A DNA stretch of 64,000 nt from assembly GCA_043228905.1 (NCBI GenBank), contig JBHGNT010000014.1, positions 744,001 to 808,000 on the forward strand, read 5' to 3'. A program made the position numbers and the translations under genes. Source of the stretch: Azolla caroliniana (Eukaryota; Plantae; Polypodiophyta). Positions within the stretch are counted from its first letter, which is position 1. Each line of letters begins with the position of its first letter. The notes beneath the pieces are model-generated. The model worked only from the letters and a program-made list of their open reading frames with translations, made no database searches and was not told the DNA's origin. This document shows, in pieces, positions 14,101 through 25,500 of this stretch.

Positions 14101-15805
14101 AGGTGTGAAAACCGAACCTCCATCCCTTGGTCGACGATCTGTCCGACCGAGACCAAGTTCTTCGTGATTGTCGGAACGTGCAGCACGTTCATGAGTTTCC
14201 CTTTCTACCCGACATGGCTAAGGGGAACTTCTCCGACATTCGCGATCGGATGCGGAGTGTCGTCTCCTGTTGCGACTACTCCAGATTGTATCGGTTTTTC
14301 ATGTGGTTTGACGCGCTGGAGTCTACGTACCACACCTCGTCCGATCTCAGGGTGCTCTGTTTCATTGAGTTTGCTTCGTGTCTCATCACGAAGGCAGTCC
14401 CTTCACCGGCTCTCCCGGAGTCTTCAGCGTAGTGCGATCGCTGTCGATTTCCCTTGTCGGTGTGTCTGGAGCCGTTCCCGGAACCAGTTCTCTCCGAATC
14501 GGCGCGCTTCTTCCAGCACTCACTTTCCTTGTGGCCTTTCTTGCCACAGTACCAGCACTCCGCGATGGACTTCCCTTGCCGGTTCCCATCGCTTCGACTC
14601 CCCCTATTTCCGGAGGGTCCGGAGTTGCTGTCGGCATCACTTCGATGCCATCTTCCTTGATCTCGTCGGCCGCTTCCATTGCGTACCGACTCGCCTCGTC
14701 CGCCACGACCACGGGGCCTTTCTCCCTCCGTGTACAACATCTTGTTGTCGGTGTGCGTGCTTGTCGACGCACCCGCGTGGTTCTCCTCTACCAGGAACAT
14801 CGACTGTAAGTCGAAAAAGGACGGCGTATTCTCCCGGGTACACATAGCCGTTCGGAACGCTCCGAACTTCGACGCCAAACCTCCGAGACAGATCTGGACC
14901 ATCTCGCTCTCCTCGATGTTCACCTCTATGGAGGCGAGGGAGTCGTAGATATCCTTGATCTTCGAGGTATAGTCCGCCACCGACAAATCGCGTTGTCGTA
15001 GGTTGCTCAACTCCTATCAGAGCTGAAGCTTCCTGGTTGTGGTGCTCGCGGCAAAAATCTTTTTCAGATTTTCCCACGCACCCTTCGGCGTCTTGGCATC
15101 CCAAATATAGCTTAATAGTTGTTCGCCTACACACGACGCGAAGCAGTACAATACCCTGCTCGCCGATGGCTCCCACAACGGGAAGTCTCTGTGTCTCGAT
15201 TCGGGTGCCGCGTCATTAGCTCCTTCGACATAACTCCAGTAGCCGTGCCCGAGCAGGTACTGGTGCATCTTGTAGGACCAAGACGCGTAGTTGGTTCTGT
15301 CAAGCTTCTCTGTTGGAAGCGAGCTCGCCATGCCTCTATCCATCGTTCTTCTTGTTCTTCTTCGTCAAGCTATGTCGGCTGCAGAGAGGTTCTCAACCCT
15401 CGCGCTCTGATACCTTGTAAAAAGAAACGTGCGGAAGCTAGTATGAAGACCGAACAGAAGAGAGGAAACTCAGGTTTAATGGAGAGCTTGGGCTTACACG
15501 GTGTACACAGGAGAGATAGAGAGAGAAACACAGAAAAAAAACTCTATTCAACAATAATACTCAGTCTGTACATAAGACATGCTCAGTGAGCACTTTTATA
15601 CAAGTCCTAGAAGGACTGACCGAAGTATCGACAGTACTTCAATGCTCATCAAGAGCCCCTACACTAACTCCCAAATATATTCCTCACGGAATATCTTTCC
15701 TGACAACCTCCCGGTTTACGCATTCGGCCTAACCGATCGGTCCCAACCGATCCAGTCCTCGGCTTCTTCAGCCGATCCGGCCGATGTTGAGCTTGTCTCT
15801 CAACA
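11100..15805 (-). mobile_element. Ty1/copia element A2 (Bryco-like), 3'-truncated, with an internal inversion
   Basis: 5' LTR at 15416-15805, then PBS, gag MDRGMASSLPTEKLDRTNY (15343), PR VWYVDSSASNHM and INT 13180-14192. RNase H is at 11196-11690 on the minus strand. The INT-linker/RT segment ~11694-13177 reads on the plus strand. Confidence 0.92.
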
Positions 15806-15980
15806 GATAAGATGAAGATACCATATGCCTCATTCGTCGGAAGTTTAATGTATGCAATGGTGTGCACCCGGCCAGATATTACATATGGTGTCGGAGTAAT
15901 CAGCCGGTTCATGAGCAATCCGGGACGAGAGCACGGAAACGCAGTCAAGTGGATACTCCGATATTTGAAAGGCACCCCCC

Positions 15981-16010
15981 TGTCAAAACCAAGGATATGT
16001 GTTCATGACA
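15981..16010. mobile_element. 30-bp miniature insert with LTR-like ends (TGTCA...TGACA)
   Basis: TGTCAAAACCAAGGATATGTGTTCATGACA is flanked by CCCCC on both sides and is absent from the sister copies B5 and C. Confidence 0.6.
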
Positions 16011-18014
16011 CCCCCAATTATGTGCCTCCAATTCGGCTCCAGTAAACCCCTACTGGACGGATTTACAGATTTAGATATGTCGGCTGATGTGGATACCAGC
16101 CGGTCTACATCCGGATATGTCATGACTTATGCATGGGGAGCCATATGATGGTAGTCGAGGCTGTAGAAGTTCGTTGCATTGTCGACAATGGAAGCAGAGT
16201 ATGTATGGTAATTGTGGAAGCCGGAAAGGAAATAATCTGGATGAAGGACTTTATTGGAGAGCTAAGAATCTGGCAAGAGAAATTCTGGCTCCACTGCGAC
16301 AGTCAAAGTGCCATCCACCTTGCAAAGAATGCGGCCTACCATTCCCAGACGAAACACATCCAGAGAAGATATCACTAGATCCAAGAGAAGGAAGGATCCG
16401 GACCGGATCGGACCGAAAGATATCCACACCGGATCCAAGGACATATCTGCAAATATGTTTCTGGTGTGCCTGTAAAGGTTATATTTGAAAATAGTCTTAA
16501 AGTCATATAAGTATAAATATGACTTAGGGCAATCACTGTGAGTGGTTGGTGTTATTGTTAGTTGCATCCTAGTTGTACAAAGAGAGAGAGAAGAGAAGCC
16601 GTTGATAGGCGAAGATACGAAGCTCGAGTTCGTTGCCTCTGAGTCTCCTGTTGTACCTCCTTTCTCATATAGTGATAGTTGGAGTCTGTGGGCTCCCATG
16701 GTTTTTTCCCTATTAGGGTTTTCCATGTAAACATCTTGTGTCGTCTCTTCTATGTAAATGTACGAACCTCCATTTTTGTTTTGTTCTTTCATCAAGTGTT
16801 TGAGCCTCAGTTGTGGCCGAGCGCTATTCCACACAATAAGTGTTATGACCCCCGGACAAAGACAATCCGAGTAAGCCGAGATGTGGAGTTCGATGAATCG
16901 GCCTCTTGGTACTCTTTCTCAACTCCGATGTCCGACTCCGAACCGAATCTAAGGGATGAGGCCAGTGAGCCTGAAACGATCCGGTCAGAAGAAGAAGAAG
17001 GATTTGGTACTCTAGACGAAAGTCCAATCTCATTCCGGCTAAGTGGGCCGAATGAGCGACTGAGTCAGAATGACCAGTCAGATGAAGAGCCAATGAGTAG
17101 TGGAGACTCGAGTGTGCTCTCTCTATGCAAGAGATCGAGGAGATGGTTCACACGCAAAGAGAAAGGGAAGAAGAAGATGTCGGAATACGCCAACAGCAGA
17201 GACGAGTCGGATCGGAGCGAATCCGACTCTGGAAAGAACGAAAACGGACCTTCGGGAACGAAGTCCGAGCCGGCCACGAGGGCCTTGAAATCGGCTAACG
17301 AGAAGTTTCGCCGATCTACCCACCCGAAGAATCCCGTAAAACGGTACGCATATAATGAGTACACAACGCATCACTATGCGTACATGACGAAAATGGTGGA
17401 AGTGCGTGATCCAGAAAGCTACACAGAAGCAACAAAAGACGCAAACTGGCATGCCGTTCTGGAGGAAGAAATGTGGGCTCTCGATGCCAACGACACATGG
17501 GACCTGGTTGACCCTCCCTGAGAATGTAAACCGATCGGTTATAAGTGGGTATATAAGGTGAAGTACAATGCCGACGGATCGTTCAACCAGTACAAGGCTC
17601 GGTTAGTGGCGAAGGGATACGCGCAGACCCACGGATTCGACTACGACAAAACCTTCGCCCCGGTAGCGAAGATGACAATGGTCCATGTGGTGTTGGCGGT
17701 TGTTGTGGCAAGGGGGTGGCATCTTCATTAGATGGATGTGAAGAATGCGTTTCTTTTAGGTGATCTTGAAGAATAGGTCTACATGGTCCAACCCCCGGAT
17801 TTCAGTTAGAGATGAACAAGTCGGTAGTGTGTCAACTCAAGAAGTCGTTTTACGATCTGAAGCAAGCCCCCCGAGCTTGGAATTTGAATATCATGCACTA
17901 GTTGCGTAAGATGGGTGTTGCGACCTCAAAATCCGACTCGTCACTGTTCATCCGGAAAGGTACGAATGGCCCAATATGTATCCTGTTATATGTAGATGAT
18001 CTAGTGATCACCGG

Positions 18015-19616
18015 TTCATGCAAGAGTGAATCTTCTATTTTCTTCTCCCCCGAGTTGTTTCCCGTTTCGTCTCCCTTCCTCTCAAGCAACTCCATAAACC
18101 ATAACTTTCTTTTACAGAAATGGGCGCAAGCCCTTTTCACCTCCTCCCAATCTTCGATAAGTCCACTCAAACTATTCTGATCTTCTAGAAGCATTCCCAA
18201 GTCCTTCCTGTCTTTAATATTAGTGGCTTGTAGAAACAATATTATTTTATCTGGCATTAGTATATTTCTATTCCTAACATTTAATTGCTCAAATCTTTCT
18301 GAAAACTCTTTTAACACTTCCAAAACACATAAATGTTTGTCAAACTCTACCCAATCCATGAAAGCTCGCCTTGTCATCCTTGACATATCGTTAAGGTTGT
18401 ATTCATTCAGTAATGCTCTTTCAAAAGTTGCCCATGTCTAGTGCTCCCTCTATAGCTCCTGAATCCTTTGTTGTAGCCCAATTGCAGCGACTCGACTCAA
18501 GCTATTAATTTTGGTAGCTTCGTCGATACCACGTTTAAGCATTTCTTCATTGTAAATCTTTAGAAATCTTATTAAATTTATACCTTCGAAGATTCCTACT
18601 CGTGCGAGAATATTGTCGACAGCTTTATCGATGCTTGCCATCATCCCTTGCTCCCACATCATTCGTTCCATCATCATACACATAAGCCTCATTTGCTGCT
18701 CCATTTTCCCTTGACGCCGCCTTCACGTCGGGTTCACCAAATGTGTCGGGGTAGTTGTGGTTCGTGCGGCGAAGTCGCAGGGACTAAGGTTAAAGGGAGT
18801 TGACGAAAACTTTTATAAGGCTTTGCGCACAAATGTTAGGAAGATTAAGGATAAGAAGAATAAGAGTTTAAAGTAATGTGTGTGAGAGAGACGAGCATAG
18901 ATAAAAGATAGAGAGAATGTATGATTTAAGAAGAACATGATTTATGTTAAGAGAACAAGTTTTTACCAACATTACAATGCTTTATAACAAGATGAACCCT
19001 TTCTCTACCGACTTTTGATTTGAACCCTTGACTTGAACTTGGAAACACGAGCCTCTTCACCAAGTTACAAGCTAACTTGTTTATTTCATTAATTATGTTC
19101 TAACTTTCTCTTGATTGATTGATTACCCTATTTTCCCTTTCCCCGCTTTTTATAAGTATTTCCATGCACGTAATGCATGAGCTACATGTGATGCATGATC
19201 ACCATTTGGCGCACATGCATTGCATGTGATGCATGATTACCATTTGGCGCACATGCATTGCATGTGATGCATGATAGCCATCATGCTCATTTGAGCTCCC
19301 ATGCATGAAAATATATATGGGATAAGTATAATGATGGATATAACCCTAAAACAAATAACTTAGCTTAGTGGTGTATGCTTTGTGCTTGATATACAAGGTT
19401 GAGGGTTCAAGTCCCTCAATTTTACTTAATACAGTATTTAGGTTTATTCTACTATAGTGAAGCAGATTCTTGAGAACATTTTTAAAAACAAATAGCCTAG
19501 CCTAGTGGTATATACATTGTGCTTGGTTTATAAGGTTGTGGGTTGAAGTGTTTGAAATATTTCTAAATACAATATTTAAGTTTATTTTTATATCGTGAAG
19601 CAAATCCTTCACGACA
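18015..19616 (-). mobile_element. 5' part of an AT-rich tRNA-Trp-primed Ty3/gypsy element (LTR plus gag fragment)
   Basis: LTR at 18744-19616 and PBS TGGTGAACCCGACGTGA at 18723-18739. Gag MEQQMRL...GIFEG is homologous to gag at 60037-62190. It is inserted in the A1 3' LTR next to CCGG, and the rest is deleted. Confidence 0.88.
19354..19424 (+). other. tRNA-like module (A box, B box, cloverleaf arms) inside the LTR U3, with a degenerate second copy at ~19491-19560
   Basis: A box TAGCTTAGTGG, anticodon-like arm TTGTG-CTTGATA-TACAA, perfect T arm GAGGG-TTCAAGT-CCCTC, then TTTT. The acceptor stem is poor. Confidence 0.7.
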
Positions 19617-20867
19617 CCGGTTTGTCAAAGCTTCTGCATATTAACTTTTACACCAGTAAATAAAGTTCCCACCTGACAGGAACTGCACGCTCCGTATGCG
19701 CAACGCTCGGCCACAACCGAGCTTAGAATCATACACAGAAAACAGGGAATGAATGCACGACACAAAAGGAGAGAAGAGAGCACAGGATGTTAACGTGGAA
19801 AACCCAAACTAGGGGAAAAAAAAACCACGGCAGCCCACAAACTGCAAACTATCACTATGTCAGAATGTACAAATGGTAAAGCACCGAAGCAACGACCTCG
19901 AGCTTTCTATCTTCGCCACAGGCGGCGGTTACAACAGAGGCAATGACCTCTTCCTCTCTCTCACTCTCTCTATACACAGTTGCGCGCTTTGATCTTTCGC
20001 CAACAAGAATGACAACAACCTACTAAAAAGAGTTTGCCCTAAGTAATATTTATACTAATATGACTTTCCGGCTATTTACAAATATAGCCCCAATGGACTC
20101 TCAGAAACATATTTACGAATATGTCCCTTCATCCGGTGAGCACTCCTCACCGGGCCTGCATCATCCGGCTCTTGCCGGGTACTCCTCATCCGGTTCTCAC
20201 CGGGTCTTCCGTAGCCGGGTACTCCTCATCCGGTTCTCACCGGGTCTTCCGTAGCCGGGTACAACTCATCTGGTTCTCACCGGGTCTTCCGTTGCTGGGT
20301 ACTTCTCACTTCCCATCTGGAGAGACCTGTTTCCTAACAAACTCCCCCTTCACTCCGGCATGGGATGTCTTACTAGTCCGATCCACTTCCCGCATGCATC
20401 CAGCTTGTCGGGTATCAGTACTTTGGTCAGCATATCTGACCCGTTCTCAGCCGTGTGGATCTTCGTCAGCGCGAACTCCTGGACATCTACTCTTTCCCGG
20501 ATCCAATGATACCTTCGCTAGATATGCTTCGTCTGGGAATGGTAGGCCGCATTCTTAGCAAGGTGGATGGCACTTTGACTGTCGCAATAGAGCCGGTATT
20601 CATCTTGTCGGATATCGAGCTCTCCGATAAAGTCCTTCATCCATAATATTTCCTTGCCAGCTTCCACAGCCGCCATGTACTCCGCCTCCATTGTTGACAA
20701 CGCAATCGTCTTTTGCAGCCTCGACTGCCACGAAACAGCTCCCCCTGCATATGTCATTACATACCCGGATGTAGACCGGCTGGTATCCACATCAGCCGAC
20801 ATGTCTGAATCGGTAAAACCGTCAAGTTGAGGTTTTCCGGAGCCGAATCGGAGACACATATTTGAAG

Positions 20868-21544
20868 TGTTGGGAGACAGGTCCCTCCGGATGGGAAGGG
20901 AGAAGAACAGTGCCGACAAACAAACCCGGCTACGGAGAGCCGGATGATGCAGGCCCGGTACGAACCGGATGAGGAGTACCCGGCTACGGAGAGCCGGATG
21001 ATGCAGACCCGGTATGAACCGAATGAGGAGTACCCGGCTACGGAGAGCCGGATGGTGCAGAACCGGTATGAACCGGAGGAAGAGACATATTCGTATATAT
21101 GTTTCTGAGAGCCCATTGTGGCTATATTTGTAAATAGCCGAAAAGTCATATTAGTATAAATATGACTTAGGGCAAACTAATATGTGTGGTTACTTTCTTG
21201 TTGGTGCAAGAAGAAGAGAGAGCACGCAATAGTGTACAGAGAGAGAGAGAGAGAGAAAGAGGTCGTTGCCTCTGTTGTAACCACCGCCTGTGGCGAAGAG
21301 CGTGAGTCCGAGGTCGTTGCCTCCGAGAACTCACTGTTTTGTACATTCATACATAGTGACAGTTTGCAGCCTGTGGGCTGCCGTGGTTTTTCCCCTAATT
21401 TGGGGTTTTCCACGTAAACCTCCTGTGTAGTGTGTGTGTATCTTCCTCTCCTTTGTATCGTGTTTTATTTCCCGTCTTTCTGTGTATGAAAAGAATCTCG
21501 GTTGTGGCCGAGTGTTGGACATAAGGAACGTCTAGTTCCCGTCA
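20868..21544 (+). mobile_element. Solo LTR, B-family copia (B4)
   Basis: TGTTGGGAG...CCCGTCA with a perfect 5-bp TSD, TGAAG, and 54-bp U3 repeats. Confidence 0.93.
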
Positions 21545-22514
21545 TGAAGTTCCCTTCAAGTACCAAAGTATCCATTTGACCGCGTTCCAGTGCTCCTTGC
21601 CAGGATTACTCATAAACCGGCTCACCACTCCGATTGCGTATCCTATATCCGGTCGGGTACACACCATTGCGTACATTAAGCTCCCGACGGCAGAGGCATA
21701 TGGAACCTTCATCATATCCACCTTCTCTGCTTTCGTCTTCGGGCTTTGCTTACCGGATAACCTGCAGTTTGCCGGAAGTGTCGATCCGACCGGTTTCACA
21801 TCTGACATGTTGAACCGATGAAGCACCTTTGTTGCGTACTTCTCCTGTGACAGCCACAGTTGCTTCGTTGGCTAGTTCCGGATGATATGCATCCCCAGCA
21901 TCTGTCTTGCCGGACCTAAGTCTTTCATCGCGAAGGTTCGGTTGAGAGCCTTCTTCAGCATCTGTATTTTGGCTTGGTCCCGTCCGACGATCAACATGTC
22001 GTCCACGTACAGAAGGAGTATCAGGAAGTCGCCTCCTTCGAACTTCTTCACAAACACACAGTGATCAGCCTGTGTCTTGTGGTACCCTTGATCGGTCATG
22101 AAGGAGTCGAACTTCCGGTACCATTGTCGAGGAGCCTGCTTCAGTCCATACAGGCTCTTCTTCAACCGGCATACCAGGTGATCCTTCCCCTTCTCCACGA
22201 ATCCTTCCAATTGCTGCATGTAGATCTCCTCTTCGAGGTCGCCGTGAAGGAATGTCGTCTTCACGTCCAGCTGCTCTACCTCAAGGTCCATGCTTGCCGC
22301 TATACTCAACACCGTCCTGATGGAGGTCAACTTTACTACCGGGGCAAATATCTCGTCGAAGTCCACACCCTTCTTCTGCTGGAACCCCTTCACCACGATC
22401 CTAGCTTTGTATCTCAGGGGGTTGCCGGCATCTCCCGGTTTCAACTTGTACACTCACTTATTTCGGAGTGCCCGCTTTCCTTTCGGCAACTCCACCAATT
22501 CGTACGTATGGTTC

Positions 22515-25500
22515 TGTTGAGCGGCAAGCTCAACCCGAGCCGGATCGGCTGAATAAGCCGGAGCCGGTAAGCGAGACGGATCGGGCGAAACGGATCGGTA
22601 TGACGTTGAGCAACCGAACCGGCAAGTAGTGGAGGCCGGGTGCAATCTGTAACCGGAAGTCCAATCGGAAGCCTAGTATAGGATAGACTACTAGGTAGCT
22701 ATAGTCTCGTAGTAAGTGTCAGATGCTCGTGTGAGCATTGAAGTACATGGTACTTCTGTCAGTCCCAAGAGGACTTGTATAAATAGTGCTACTAAGCACA
22801 GTGTGTATATATGTTTTCGATATAATTTTGAAATTACGTTCTGCTCTCTCTCTCTCTCTCTCTCTCTCTCTATGTGTGTGTGTGTTGTTCTCTGTTCTAC
22901 GCTTCCGCAAACACTCATGTTCACATGGTATCAGAGCGCGAGGGTTGAGAACCTCTGCTGCAGACATTTACTCTTGAGAAGAAAACCCTAACAGGTCGAA
23001 AACAGACACAGTAGAAGACATGGATAGAGGCATGGCTACGTCGCTCCCGGTGGAGAAGCTCGACAGGAGCAACTACGCATCCTGGTCTTACAAGATGCAC
23101 CAGTACCTGCTTGGACACGGGTACTAGAGTTATGTCAAAGGAGCGAATGATGCGGCGCCCGACTCGGCACACAAGGACTTCCCGGTATGGGAACAGGCGG
23201 CAAGCAGGGTGATGTACTGCTTCGTGTCAGGTGTCGGTGATCAGCTGCTCAGCCACATCCGTGACGCCAAGACACCGAAGGATGCTTGGGGGAACCTGAA
23301 AAAGGTTTTCGCCGCAAGCACCACTGCCCGGAAGCTGCAACTCAGACAGGAGTTGAGCAATGTTCGATAGAAGAACATGTCCGTGGCAGACTACACGGGC
23401 CGGATAAAGGAAATCTGCGACTCGCTCGCCTCTATCAATGTTACTGTAGAGGAAGACGAGATGGTGCAGGTATGTCTCGGAGGCCTGGCGTCCAAGGTTC
23501 GGAGCGTTCCGGACTGCGGTGTGTACAAGGGAGAATACCCCCTCATTCTTCGACTTACAGTCGATGCTCCTTGTAGAGGAGAACCACGCCGGTGCATCTA
23601 ACAGTGCATCCCCGAACAGCCAAATGTTGTACACGGGAACGGATCGGTTCCGTGGGCATGGTGGAAGAGGTGGGTCGACGCGCAATGGAGGCGGCCGGCA
23701 AGAGCAGGAACGGAAGCACTATGAACGTGCCGATAGCAGTTTCGGGACTTCCACAAGCAGGGGGAGTCAAGGCAGTGCCGGAGGCCGGCAAGACAAATCC
23801 GCTACGGAATGCTGGTACTGTGGCAAAAAAGGCCACAGGGAAAGCGAGTGCTGGAGAAAGCGTGCTGATTCGGATAAATCTGGATCCGGCAAGACCGGTA
23901 AGGATGGCCGGCAGAACTCGCACTACGCAAACGGATCAGGAGGAACCGGAACCGGAAAGGCCGGTAAGGGGCCAGCCTTGGTGATGAATCACAAGGAAAA
24001 CTCAATGAAGAAGAGCACTTCCAAAACGGAGGAAGTGTGGTATGTTGATTCCGGCGCGTTGAACCACATGACGACCCACAAAGAGTGGTTCTCCTTTCTG
24101 GAGAAACCGGATCAACCAGGAGTAGTCGAAACCGAAGACGACACTCCTCACCCAATCGTGCACATCGGAGAAGTCCCTCTAAGCCACGTCGGACAGAAAG
24201 GGAAGCTGATGAACGTATTACACGTTCCAACAATCACGAAGAACCTGGTGTCCGTCGATCAGATTGTCGACCAGGGGATGCAGGTGCGGTTTACGCACCT
24301 CGGGTGCTTCATTGAGGATGAGGGCGAAGTCATTGCGCAAGGGCGCAGAGACGGGAGGATGTTTATCCTGAACACCAATAACTTTGGCACCGCTCTGTTC
24401 GCGAATCGACAGAAGGTCGATTCGGACATCGACCTGTGGCACAAGCGGATAGTCCACGTCAACTACCGGAGGCTTCAAGACCTGCAAATGAAACAAGTCG
24501 TTGTCGGTTTGCCGAAGTTCAGCGGCCGGAGAGCCGAAATTTGTGAAGCCTGCCAACTTGGGAAGCAACACCGGCTTCCATTCCCCACCGAACGGAACCG
24601 GAGCCGCAACAAGCTTGATCTCATCCATTCGGATGTGTGGGGACCGGCACAAAGTGTAAGCCTTGGCGGGAGCCGGTACTTCGTCTCCTTCACCGACGAC
24701 TATACACGACATACTTGGATCTACCTCATTGTGCGGAAGAGTGAAGTCTTCGACTGTTTCCGGAGCTTCCAGAAGATGGTGGAACGGGAATCGGAGAGGA
24801 AGATCAAATGTCTTCGGTCGGATGGCGGAAAGGAATATTTTTCCGGCCAATTCACTACTTATCTGCAGCAGAAGGGAATTCGGCGAGAGTTCAGCTGCAG
24901 ATACACACCGGAGCAAAAGGTGTGGCCGAAAGGAAGAACCGGACACTCGTCGAAGCGGCAAGGGCAATGCTAGAGGAAAAGAGCATGCCCCGATTCTACT
25001 GGGCGGAGGCGGTCCAAATGGTCGTCTACATACAAAACCGCATTGGTGACAAGGTGTCAGCTCATGAGCTGTATTTCGGGCGCAAGCCGAACTTAAGACA
25101 CCTTCGGATATTCGGCAGCATAGCGTATGTGCACGTGTCGGATCAGAAGCGGAGAAAGCTGGATGCAAAATCGGAAAAATGCATCTTAGTCGGTTATGCT
25201 CAAGAGCAAAAGGGGTATAAGTGCTATAACCCCCGGACGAAGGAAGTCCGAGTTAGCCGGGATGTCGAGTTCGATGAATCGGCATCCTGGTACTCCGTAC
25301 CGACTCCGACATCCGATCCCGACCCAATGTCGGAAGATCAGGCCAGTGAGCCTGAATCAGCCCTAGCAGAGGATGATGAAGCCGGGACTCAAGATGAGAG
25401 TCCGGAATCGTTACGGTTGAGTGGACCGAACGAGCGACTGAGTCGGTTGGACCAGTCGGATGAAGAGACGGCAAGTGGTGGAGACTCTGCCGTGTTCACC

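Larger units (their letters stand above)
7119..16835 (+). mobile_element. Ty1/copia element B1 (Tork/Tnt1-like), defective, nested in the A1 integrase
   Basis: 5' LTR at 7119-7607, PBS TGGCATCAGAGC at 7611, gag MEESFGSMFKL from 7633. INT/RT run to 10446, RNase H is at 15806-16390 and a partial 3' LTR at ~16390-16835. TSD ATAAA/ATAAG. Confidence 0.9.
2709..19652 (+). mobile_element. Ty1/copia element A1 (Bryco/RLC5-like), defective, containing several nested elements
   Basis: 5' LTR at 2709-3125 (TGTTGAG...TACA), Met-PBS TGGTATTAGAGC at 3126, and the terminal part of the 3' LTR at 19617-19652. TSD CCAGT at 2704-2708 and 19653-19657. Gag/PR/INT remnants lie at 3227-7118 and INT/RT remnants at 16836-18014 (YVDD). 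Confidence 0.9.

Noticed and set aside
17898-18386. 162-aa ORF as a novel gene
   Set aside because: It is a chimera of gypsy gag and antisense copia RT created by a deletion junction at ~18015.
19354-19424. Functional tRNA gene
   Set aside because: The acceptor stem pairs at only about 4 of 7 positions, position 37 is a pyrimidine, and it lies within an LTR. It is reported as tRNA-like only.
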